Part shown: piece by piece, positions 45,401-57,400 of the stretch | Layout of the letters: each line of letters starts with the position of its first letter | Position numbering within the stretch: position 1 is the first letter of the stretch | Source of the DNA: Lachnospiraceae bacterium | GTDB taxonomy: Bacteria; Bacillota; Clostridia; Lachnospirales; Lachnospiraceae | Assembly: GCA_017523785.1 (NCBI GenBank) | Contig: JAFWVX010000025.1 | Coordinates: 9,255-73,254, forward strand | DNA: 64,000 nucleotides | Reading direction: 5' to 3' | Program-made: the position numbers and the translations under genes | Notes under the pieces: generated by a model | Database searches by the model: none | What the model was told of the DNA's origin: nothing | What the model saw: only the letters and a program-made list of their open reading frames with translations

Positions 45401-48400
45401 TGATATCTATATGGGATCAACTTATGTTGCAGTTAGATATAGACTATATAATTATAAGGCAAATGTAGATGAGAGGCTAGATGAATCAGCAGGTTATACA
45501 CAAGCAGCAATACAAAGAGTAGAACCTGATGTATATACTTTACTTGATACACCACAATATAAGTTTGATTTTTCAAGAACTTCAGTTATGTGGGAAGCAT
45601 TTGCATACAGAAAATCTGATGGAACTTATGATTATTCTGATGAAAGATTATACCCAGAGAAGACAACACATATAGGAATTAGATCAACAAAGAGTGTATT
45701 GGTATCAGGATATATTTATAACTATAACAATAAGCGACATGTGCATGAAGGAAATATAGAGTTATGGACTGAGGCAAGAAATGAAGGACATTTACAAGCA
45801 ACTAACTCATTTGTCTTCTTGCATAATGACTTAGAAATTACTAGACCACTTAAGTATAAACCAGAGAAGACTTACCACCTATGTTTAAATGGACATAAAC
45901 TCATAGTTAATAATAGTATAGAATGGTTTAAGTCAAGCACTTGTAAATTGATAATTTGTGATTGCCAGAAGACAGGAAGCATTGTCCAAAATAGTGGCGA
46001 AATTGCAAGTAAGTTTATAAATATAAGTGGTGGAGAAATTGATATTAGCGATATCACATTTGGACCATTTAAGAATGTAAATAATACAGAGTTTGTAAAT
46101 GTAGCAGAGACTGTTAAAGTAAACATTGATAATGTAGTGGTAAAAGAAATCAATATGGATAACTTTGTAAAGACTGATAATGCATTTATAAATATTAAGA
46201 CAAATAATTTAGCAAGTATAAGTAATGTGACATTTAGATCAAATAAGATGTTATCTAATGATAAAACCAATGCAATATTCACAGTAGATAACAAGAGCGG
46301 TGGAAGCATTAACATTGATGGTATAAGTTTAGAGAGTAATGAAGTAAACGCTGACACATCTAAAAATATAAATGGATCAGGATATGTAGTTAAAGTTAAT
46401 GGATATGATAGAGTTACACTCAACTCGCCAACATTAAAATCCAATAAGGTTGTTTTAGGTGCCCCTATACAGATAAACGGTAATAGTTCAGCAACATCAT
46501 ACAATAAAATTCTTACCATGACGAATGTTACATTTGAAGAAAACCAAAAGAATTTTGTAAATAGTATGAAACTTGAAGACCAAGCAAAAGATGGAATATC
46601 TGCTAACTATGCAAGTATTAATTTCAATAACATAATCATAAATGGCGGATCTTTTAAAGGAAATAGATTCAATTCAAATGCAGCAACTTTAGCAGGCGAC
46701 GATGGTGCAGTAATTGATTTAACAAACTATGATGCAAATCTTACAGTTAAAGATGTAATGTTTGATGGAACTGGAACAACTGCAAATGATAATGTATTTG
46801 GTATGTTGATTCTTGATAAAGGCGATGACTTGTTTGAGAATGTAACAATTACAAATTACAATATGGGATCAACTGCTTATATGCTTCTTGCAAAAGGAAC
46901 TTCAAATAGTCCTGCTGGAACATATGTGGGTAGAACAACATTTAGAGGAACAACAAAGTTTACAAACAACAAAGCTAAATCAATGGTCAGAGTTGAGAAT
47001 GAAAGAAACGATGTCAACAATGATTATGAAGGATTATTGTTGATTGATGGAACAACATTTACTAACAATACCGCAAATAATCCAAAAGTAACTGGTCTTA
47101 GCGGATTGATAGAAATTGACTCAAATACTATAGTAGTAGCAAGTGGAGCTAATATAGCTAAGACAACAGGAATTGCAGTCTATATCGCTACAAGTGAGTT
47201 TAGAATGTTTAACTCAGAGATTAGTGGCGGATTAGGAAACGATGCGGCTGTATATGTAAAAGATGCTGGAAGACTTGTCCTTGGTGATAAAGTTATAGTA
47301 AAAGATAATAAGATAAATATTTATCTTGACGGCGATGGCAGCATCAATGCTCAAATAAAAGCAATGGATGGACATCCAATATCAGCAACATCAGAAATTT
47401 ATATTACGGTTCCAGACATAGAATATAATTTCTTTAATCAATGGGGAAATAATTATATAAAGAATTATAATTATCATCAAGGCAACACATATGCATATTT
47501 ACCAAATGATTTATTTAAACTTGATGCTGCAATAGCAAGCAACAGAAAGATATATATTAAAGGTGATATTGCTTCAGGAAACCAAGAGTTGTGGGTATCA
47601 TCTAACCAAGCAACATATGAATATGCAACACTTATATTCTTTGATAAAGATATAAAAGGACCTAAAGAGATAGCAAGACAGTATATAAAGATTGGACAAA
47701 AGACAAAACTTGATAGAGTGCAAGTTGATTATATCTCAACATTAAGTCAAGTGTGGATGACAGAAGCAAATGGTGATAAACCAGAAGAACAAACTATGTG
47801 GAGACTTTACAGCAATGGACAATATCACGACTTTGAAGTAGTTAATTATGAAGCAGGAAAAACATATTATGCATATTTAACAAAGAAACATGTTCATAAG
47901 ATTTGTGGACCTGATTCACTTGTGCCTTGTGGTCCAAATCACGCAGATGGAATAGCTCACACAGTCGACTATGAGTTCTTACAAGTAGGAACTAATGATA
48001 ATATAATAATTGAAGCTTCAAGAAGTAACTATATAGGACTTTCAAATAATTTGACTATTAATCAAGCAGCACTTAACTCGTTAAGTAATAGAGAAATAGT
48101 ATTCTGTATAAATGGATATACTTTGACATTTGAAAAAGATGCAATGCTTAATACAAGTCACAGTTTTGCACTTATTAACTGTGAAAGCACAGGTGTTGTA
48201 ACAGTCAATGAAAATGAAAAAACAACCAACTCACTTATTAGTGCAAGTGGGGCGGGAAATACATTTAGTTTATATAATATTAATTTCCATAATTTTGAGA
48301 CAGAAGCATCTGTAATAAAAGTTCAAAATGTAAAAACAGTAAGTGAGAATGTAAAGTTTACAGAGATTGAATCAACAGCACCTAATGGAATATATGATAT

Positions 48401-51400
48401 ACAAAGTGGAACTGTCTATGTTGAGAACTTAGCATTTACCGACAACATAGCATCTGGCTCTTCTCTTCTAGATTTGAGATTTGGAAGCTTTACAGCTGGA
48501 AAGATTGGAAATATAAATATTAACAATAACACTTATACCAACAAACTTTTATCACTTAGTGGCACAGGAAATATGGATTCAATCGTAGTTAACAACAATA
48601 CTATGATAGAAGGTGGAGGAGCAGATTCTTATGGTGCAATCTATGTTGCAAATGGTGCCAATATAACATATGCACATGATGCAGTTATATCAGCAAATGA
48701 TTCATCCATAAATGAAGAGTCAAAAGGAGGAGCACTTACAGTATACGGAAGACTTAACTTTAATGGTAAGATGACTCTTGAAGATAATAAGGCAGGTCTT
48801 GGAGGTGCAATCTATGTAGATAGCACAGGTTCGCTCCATGTGACAGGTGAAGCATACTTTAGAGAAAATGAAGCAAAGGTGGGAGCAGCAATTTATGCTA
48901 AGAACTGGTCAAATATAAATTTCTCAAGTGTAACATATGATGGAAATCGAGCAAAGACTCATGGTGTAGTTGCATTTGGAGGAAATTATAATAGAGGAAT
49001 AGCAACATTTAAGAATCATACAAGAAGTTCAAGAGATCTAATTTATAATATTAATGACAACGGCACTGATAGCTTTACGATAGATAAAGAAACATTGTTC
49101 GTTGATAATACTCTTGCAGATAGCATTATATACTTAAGAAATGTATCAAGTGCAAATGTTGAAATTTCATATTTAAGCACTGGTAATTCTGTAAAGAGTT
49201 TTGTGGAGATTGCAACAAGTTCAATCACTATAGATAATTCAGTTATTACTGAAAACACTTTCAACGATTCGGCATTTATATTTAATAATCCAATTACTGC
49301 AAGAGTTGCAAGTATATCTGTATATGAAAACAAGATTACAAATGCAGTATTAAGTGTTAGCGGAGGAGCTGTAGAGATAGGCAATAGAATGACGTTTAGA
49401 GACAATGTCCCAAGACTAGGAAAGACAAAAGAATTGTATGTAAGCGGAAAAGGTGGATACTTTAAAGCAACTGAAAAGATAACTATGGGTAAGAAGTATT
49501 TGTTCTCTGCTTACACAAATGGAATAAAGGTATTTGAGAAGTGGAATGCAACTTATATTGATAATTATGATAATCCTCAAAGCAAAGAACCAGGACGTTA
49601 TATGGTTACACCTGAAAACTCAGATACAATCAAACTTTCAGATGATGACAAGGAAAGAGGATTAGGATTTTATAAAGTAGGAAGCACCGATAATCAAGAT
49701 ATATACATTGGTAAAGAAGGAATTGACTTTATACAACTTAGATTTATTGGCCCAGAAAAAGATAATGCAGTGTTTGCTTCGCAAAATCTTGAGAAGGGAA
49801 AAGAGACTAAACTTGATAAGGTTGATACTTTAGAATGTGATTTAGCAAAACAAAAATGGGTAGCGACAATGAGTGATGGAACAGCTAAGACATTGATATT
49901 TACTTCAACTCAAACTGCTTCATCATCAGATACAATCAATATACTTTATACAAGACCTCACTTACATAAGATTTGTGGAATAACAAGAAATGAAACTTGC
50001 AACCATACAAATGGAGCAAGTCATACTGAAATAGAATATCAAATAGTGGCTAATGCAGCAGAGTTTGCAAGCACTACAAATCAATATGTATATATTAAAG
50101 ATAATATAACAGTTGATTCTACAATTAACCTTGCAAGTGGAATAATAGGCATTTGTTTAAATGGGTATACATTAAAGATAACAGGAGGAGCAAACTCATT
50201 ATTCAATACAAATAATGAGCTTAGTATTTGTAATTGTAAGCCAAAAGGCGGTATCACAACAGGTGATGAAGTTCAGGAAGCTGCAATTATTAACTACACA
50301 GGAACAAGTTTAGCAGTTTATAATGTTGACTTCTTCGGAATTAATACAAATAAGTCAGTAATTAAACTACCAAATACAGGAACAACAACTCTATACACTG
50401 AGAACTTAAGATTTAGAAACAATAAAGATTTAGGTTATGACACAGTAATAGATAGTGTTGGAAATAATACAATTTACATTAATGATGTGACATTTGCAGA
50501 TAATAAAAATGAAAGCGACAACAATATGCTTGATATAGATAGCGGATATATTGTAAGCACATTGTCATTTATCAATAATGATACACACTCAAGATTAATG
50601 TGGTTCTGCAATAGTAATCTCGTGAATATAAAGTCATTAATTGTAAAGAACAATAAAATAACTGACGATAGTATGCTTGCATATGTTGATAGTGGTGCAA
50701 AGGTAAATGTTGCTAACGATGTGCTATTTGAAAACAACATAGTTGATGGAGAAGCACTCCTTGCAATGGATACAAGAATAGAGTTTGCAGTGCTTGGCAC
50801 AATGTCGTTTATCAACAATGTAGCAAAGAAGCACGCTGCTATGGAAATTGAAGATAACACAACTATCTCAGCAAGAAACATGTTATTTGACGGAAATAAG
50901 AATTTAGAAGCAAATAATGCAATTGTTGAATGGTCAGAATCAACACTTAGACTTGATAATGTCGTATTTAAGAATCATACAAATGCAAGTGACATACTTC
51001 TTGGAAATGTAGATAATAATGGAACTAGTAAGATTTATTTGTCGAGTCCATCATTTATAAACAACAAGGGAATTGCAATAAAACTTGACGGTATAGAAGA
51101 TGGTTATATAACTGGAATAAAACTTACTAAAGATTTAAATAATAACTTCACTAATGTATTAAATATTAGAAACAGCTCAGTTTCAATTACTGATTTTGTA
51201 GTAAAAGATAATAATTTAGTAAATAGTGCAGTAGCGGTTAGCGAATCAGATAAAGTAGAACTTAAAGACATAGAGATTAACAACAACTCTATAACAACTA
51301 GTGGAGCATCAGCACTATCATTAAATGGTAATGGAAGTATCCTTAAAGTAAAAGGCTTAATAAGTGTTGACGGCAATACTAGCGACATTTCATTAAGTGA

Positions 51401-54400
51401 TAATTCATACCTAAAAGCAAGCGGAATGGTAAGCGGAAAGTCTAAGATGAGTTTTGCTATAAATGGAACAACACAAAAAGTGTTTGAAGGTTGGGATAAG
51501 AATCATATAGAGACTTTTGGAATGACTGCTTCTAAGTCAACTCCAAAGAGATATACATATACACCAGAGAATTCAGGCTTATTTGCAGCTAAGTCACCAA
51601 GTGGATATGCAATTTATAAAGGTGGAACAGGTGATAATTTAAGCATATATGCAGGAAATAGAGATTCATATAGTGTCCTTTCATTTATCTATGTGGATGA
51701 GGATTATGTAGAGTCAACTCTTGAGACACAGAATGTCATAAAGGGAGCAACAGCAATTGATACTCTTCTTGATGTAGTAGATACTTTTGAATATGAGTTA
51801 GAGCATCAAACTTGGTATGCTCCAAATCCATCAACAGGTGCACATGATGTAAAATGGGAGTTTAAGAATGATGTAATTTCAAATATCAATAACGATGCAC
51901 AAATTAAATATGTGAGAAAACATATTCATAGAGTATGTGGAACTAAATACGAAGATACTTGTGACCACAAAGAGACAAATGTTAGACATGCAAATACAGT
52001 TATCTATGTAGATGCTACAAGTTCAAATCCAACATATTGGCCACGTAGTGCAGAGTATATAAATCTTTTAAATGATATAGAGTTTAATAATAGACTCGAT
52101 TTAGAGAATCTTAAAGGTATATGTTTGAACGGACATAAGCTCATTGTTGGAAATATGCATAACAACTTTATGTCAATTAGCTCTGAACTAAATATCTGTG
52201 ACTGCAAACATAAAAAGACTACAAACGGAGCTATAACGATAAAGAACGGAGTGACATTACAAGATAGTTTAATCTATGTTGGGTCAGGCGGAACATTCAA
52301 TGCATACAATATCAACTTTGAAAATATAACTTTGAAAGATTATGTTGACTTTACTACTACATATACATTTGCAATAGAGAATTCAAATAATGGTACAGTA
52401 TATCTTGAAAGACCAGTATTTAGAGGACCAACTGAAGCTGGTGAAAATGGACTATTAAAGAATAGAGGTGGTGCAAGTCAGTTTAAAGTTATTGAGGCAT
52501 TGATTACAGATGTTACTCTTAACAGCCCATCACCATTACTTACACTTACAGGTAGCTTTAATATATCGACTATATCAGTAATTAAGAATTATGGTTATAC
52601 TGTTCCACTTATAAAAGTGACAGATGATGTTTCAGTAGGAAGCTTTGTGCTATCAAATAACTCAGGCTCAACTGGTCAAGGTCTTATATCTGTAGATGAA
52701 GGTGTAACATTAACACTTACTAATAATAATACATTTGAAGGAAATGAGTCACAAGGTGGAGGAGTTATAAAGGTTGCTGGAACTCTTGTAGCTGAAAAAG
52801 ATTTGATATTTAAAGACAATGTGACAGTAAAAGGAAGCGGAAATGGTGGAGCTCTTTATGTCAATGCAACTGGTAAAGTAATAACAAAAGGAAAGACTAA
52901 ATTTATAGGCAATGAGGCAATGCATGGTTCTGCAATTTATGCTGAGAATATAACTGAAGAAGCACTTAAAAATTTGAATGAACCTTATTTTGAAGCAAAC
53001 ACAGCAATAACAAGTGGTGTTGTATATTGGTCAGGAGAACTTAGACTTTCTACTCCAACGATAGTTAAACATGAACCATATAATAAGACAACTCTTAAAG
53101 GTGTAAGAAGTGGTATATTCATAAATGAAAAATCTGGAGATAAGTTAATACTTGAAAATCCAGTGTTTGCAGACAACAATATAGTAGGAAATGATGATAG
53201 TGCATCAGCAATAAAACTACATGGTGTTGTTGATGGAAGTAGAGTTGTAGGCTTTGATGAAAAATCTAAGAATAACTCTATGAATGACTTTATCTTCTTA
53301 GAAGATAGTGATATGGAGATCAGTGGTGAAATCAACAGGACATCATTAAATAATAATTTTAAAGAGACTGTAATTAGCATTAAGAATGCTGGAAAAGTAA
53401 TGCTTAAAGATTTGTCTATTGAAGAGCAGACAGTAGGAAATGCAGCTCTTTACATATCAGGTGCACCGGTATCTATAGATGGCAAGATAAGAGTTACTTC
53501 TAATAGTACTGCAGAACGTATAGATGCTAAGAATATTTACTTAACTGATGAGTTAGCATATTTTATAGCATCAGGAAAAGAAGGTGCTGTATCTTACATT
53601 GATGAATCGTCAATTATGGACATTTCAACTTCTGGACAAAAAGAGGCAAAGGTGTTTGAAGGATGGAATGAGTATAATTTTGAGCATTATGACAAACCAT
53701 ATGTTGATAGCAGCACGAATAAATATATGTATACTCCAGAGAACTCAGGTATATTCGCAGTGGGCAACGACTTAGAGGAAAAAGGATATGAGTTCTTTAA
53801 GAAAGGTTATGCTGGAGATGGTGATGGAAATGGAGACATTTATCTTGGCACAGATGAAAAATTTGTAAAACTTAAATACTATAATGATGTAGAAGAAGTT
53901 GAAGACTATGAAGAGAAAGATGGCGACAAGGAATATTATGGCAATCAGAACATAGCAAAAGATATTCCAACAAAACTTGATAAGGTAGATTCTCAAGAGT
54001 ATGAGATCGAGAAGCAAGAGTGGTATGTAGGATATCAAAGTAAGGATACTTATGACCACCTTGAGAAGTTCAACCCAGCTAATCCTCAACCAACGATTGC
54101 AGGAGTAAATGGTGTTGTAGAAGAGTTTTCAACAAACCAAGAGATTAAATATCATCAGTTCCATATTCATAAAATATGTGGATTAAAATTAAGTGAAGAA
54201 TGTGAACATGAAGGACATGCGGACCATGTTGGAACAGTAGAGTTTAATGATGTAAATACTATAGCTGAACTTGAGGCAGCAACTGGATATGCAGTGCTAG
54301 TAAAAGACTTAGATATTGCAAATATGCAAAGAGCACTAAGATTAAATCCTGGTCTCACAGGCATTTGTCTAAATGGCCATACAATAATGGGTGATGGTAG

Positions 54401-57400
54401 ATATGGATTAATGAATATAGACCATGCATTCACGATTTGTGATTGTAAGTTAGAAAAAGGAACAGGAGCAATTACATCTGATGAATCATTTACTCAAGCA
54501 TTTGATGTAATCAACATTAACACAAGTGCAGAAGTAGGTATCTATAGAGTAAGAATAAAAGATATAGCATTTGCAGCAGGTTATGCAGTAAATGTAGAAC
54601 AAGGAAATGTATATATCGGATCATTAATCATAAGCGAATGCACAAGAGTAGGTTCAAATGGTGTTATAAGAGCAAATGCTAATGTAGTTATTGACCACTT
54701 GTCGTTTGAATCTAATAAGATTTCGGTTGCAAATCCTATGCTAAGAATTAATGACAAGATGAACATCAAGAATCTGAATATTAGTGAAAACGAGGTAGAG
54801 GACTCTATAGTAATAGTTGATTCAAATACATCTTTAGGTAACCTCATAGCTAATAGCAATAAGAGCACTGGACGAGGTGTGATAAATATAAACTCTGGTA
54901 AAACTTTGACTGTCGATTATCAAGAGTATAGTGATAACGAAGCAAGACTAGGTGGAGCTTTATATGTCTCTGGAACATATATAAATAGAGATAAGGGATT
55001 ATCTTGGAACAATAACATTGCAACAGAAAAAGGCGGAGCTATCTATATTGCTGAAGGCGGAAAGATTAACTTATCACAAGAGAATTCATTTATTACAAAT
55101 CAAGCAGCAGAAGGTGCCGCAATATATGCTGAGAAATTAAGTAGCACAGACTTAGGAATACCTAAAGCAGAGTTTATTGATAATAAAGCAACAAGTGGTG
55201 GCGTAGTATCATTTGGTGGAGAACTTGAAATTTCGGATGTTAAGTTCACTGACACTAATCAGAGTACTGCCTTTATAGATAATATTAATAAAAACACAAC
55301 TATAGATAAGGCAATTATATCATCTGTATCATTTGTGAGAAATGCAACTGGCGGAAAAGGTATAACTCTTACAAATGTTAGAAATGGATCAAAGGTAGAA
55401 AATATTACTGGAAATGATAACACACTTGATACTTTAATAGAATTCAATAATGTGACAAGTGGCAACAGAGTTTATGTAACCAACGTAACAGGAGTTTCTT
55501 CTAATACGTTTGGTGGTGCTGCTATATCATTTAATAATGTTGCTGATGCAGTATTAAACAATGTAACGCTAAGTGGAAATACATCTAATGGATTTGGTGC
55601 AATGCTTATATATGGCAGCAACACAAAAGTTTACTCAGTAGGAGAATTGAGGCTTATAAATAATACAAATACTGGAGCATATGGTGCAGCCATAACAATT
55701 CTTGATAAAGCTAATCTTGAAGAGGACGGCGGATTAATAGTGACAGGAAATAGATCTAACCAAGGCGGAGCAATCTATCTTGATGGAACTATGGGAGTTG
55801 AGTCACAAGGTTCAAAACCACTCAAGGTATCAGTAAACTATATTAATTCAACTAACGATACAAAGAACATATATGTAGCTAATGTAAACTCTTATGTATA
55901 TGCAACTGGAAGATTGAGCGATGATACACAACTTGGATTTACTGCTGGCGATGTAAATGTTACTGCATTTAAATATTGGAATAGTAGTTATATAAGTAAG
56001 ATTGGAAGCACTGATAAATTCACTTATACTCCTGAAAATTGTGGAATGTTCTTAGTCGATACACTGTCAGCTAATGCAAAACAAGAATTATATAAGAGCG
56101 GAACTGGAAATGACATAGTAGTGAAACTTGGAGTAAACTTTACAAAACTTCGTTTCGTATCTGCAGATAAGAAGACAGAGTATCTAACTCAAAATATTGA
56201 AAGAGGTGTAAATACAAAACTTGATAAAGTGCTAGTAGAGACTGTAACAGAGAAGTGGATAGCACCAAATAAACAATCAGCATCAGATTATAAGTGGCAG
56301 TTTAATAGATCAGATATCGTTGCTAACTATAGTTCTGAAGAAGAATATATATATAAACTATTCACATATTCAATAGTATATACAGGCGGGTCAAAAGGTG
56401 GCTCAAGAACTTATAACAACATAGAATATGGAGAAGCAGTATATGCAATAGAGAATCCTTTTGGCGGTGATGGATTTAAGTCTTGGAAACTTAGAAATGT
56501 TATATCGGGATTACCAAGAGAATATGCAGTTGGTGATTTGATTAAAAATGTCTGCCAAAATGACGGAGGTATTGCATACTTTGATGCAAGATGGAGCGGG
56601 GAAGTATGGGTTAAGATAGATCCAAATGCAGAGAGATACGGATTACAAATAGAATATAATGCAATATATGATTTTTATGGCAATGCAAATTCAGGAATAA
56701 GACTTTCTGCAACATACCCTTATTCGTTAGGTGGCTCATATAATACATATAGCTACAATACAAAGCCAGATGGAAGTGGAACAAGCTATGCAGTAGGAAC
56801 AACAGCATCATTTAATGATGATGTAGTGCTCTATGTAATCTGGGGAAGAGGAAGCAGTCCACATAGTGGTGGAGGCGGAACTAGCGGTGGTGGTGGCACT
56901 GGAGGCGGCGGAGGCGGCCGTGGAGGTGCTAGAATTAGTGGTGGCACAATTAGACCAGAGGACTTATTAACTGGACCTGGAGTAGAAATGGCTGTAGAAC
57001 CACTACCTGTAAATGTTGGAGTATTCACAGTTGACGAATATGGAAATATAAGAGACAAGGATCAAAATATAGTTGGTAATATTTACATAGGTGACAGAGT
57101 AAATGCCGATGGAAGTTTTACAGCCGTTAATGGCATAACGGTTTATCCTAACGGAGTTATAGTAGACATGTTTGGAAATATTTATAACACAGATGGAACT
57201 ATAATCACAGCTACAGGAAACAAATATTTCGTAAACGGTGATGTGATGGATCCAACTGGAGCTATCTATCATCCAGATGGATCAATAACTCTTCCTAATG
57301 GTGTTGTGAAAGATGCAGATGGCATAATTCATTATCCAGATGGATCAATAATGTTACCAGATGGAACAACATATTTGGTTGATGGAACGACAATATCTCC

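Noticed and set aside
45872-46519. 215-aa minus-strand ORF, and many similar antisense ORFs inside the giant genes (e.g. 39656-40018, 49043-49405, 50474-50881, 52985-53380, 58450-58797, 59641-59994)
   Set aside because: All are S/L/F/I-rich mirror images of the N/E/T/K-rich sense codons. None has a start context, and all lie inside a far longer, motif-bearing sense ORF.
56831-57058. Minus-strand ORF with a poly-Pro run
   Set aside because: It is the antisense reading of the poly-Gly (GGN) tract of the giant ORF.
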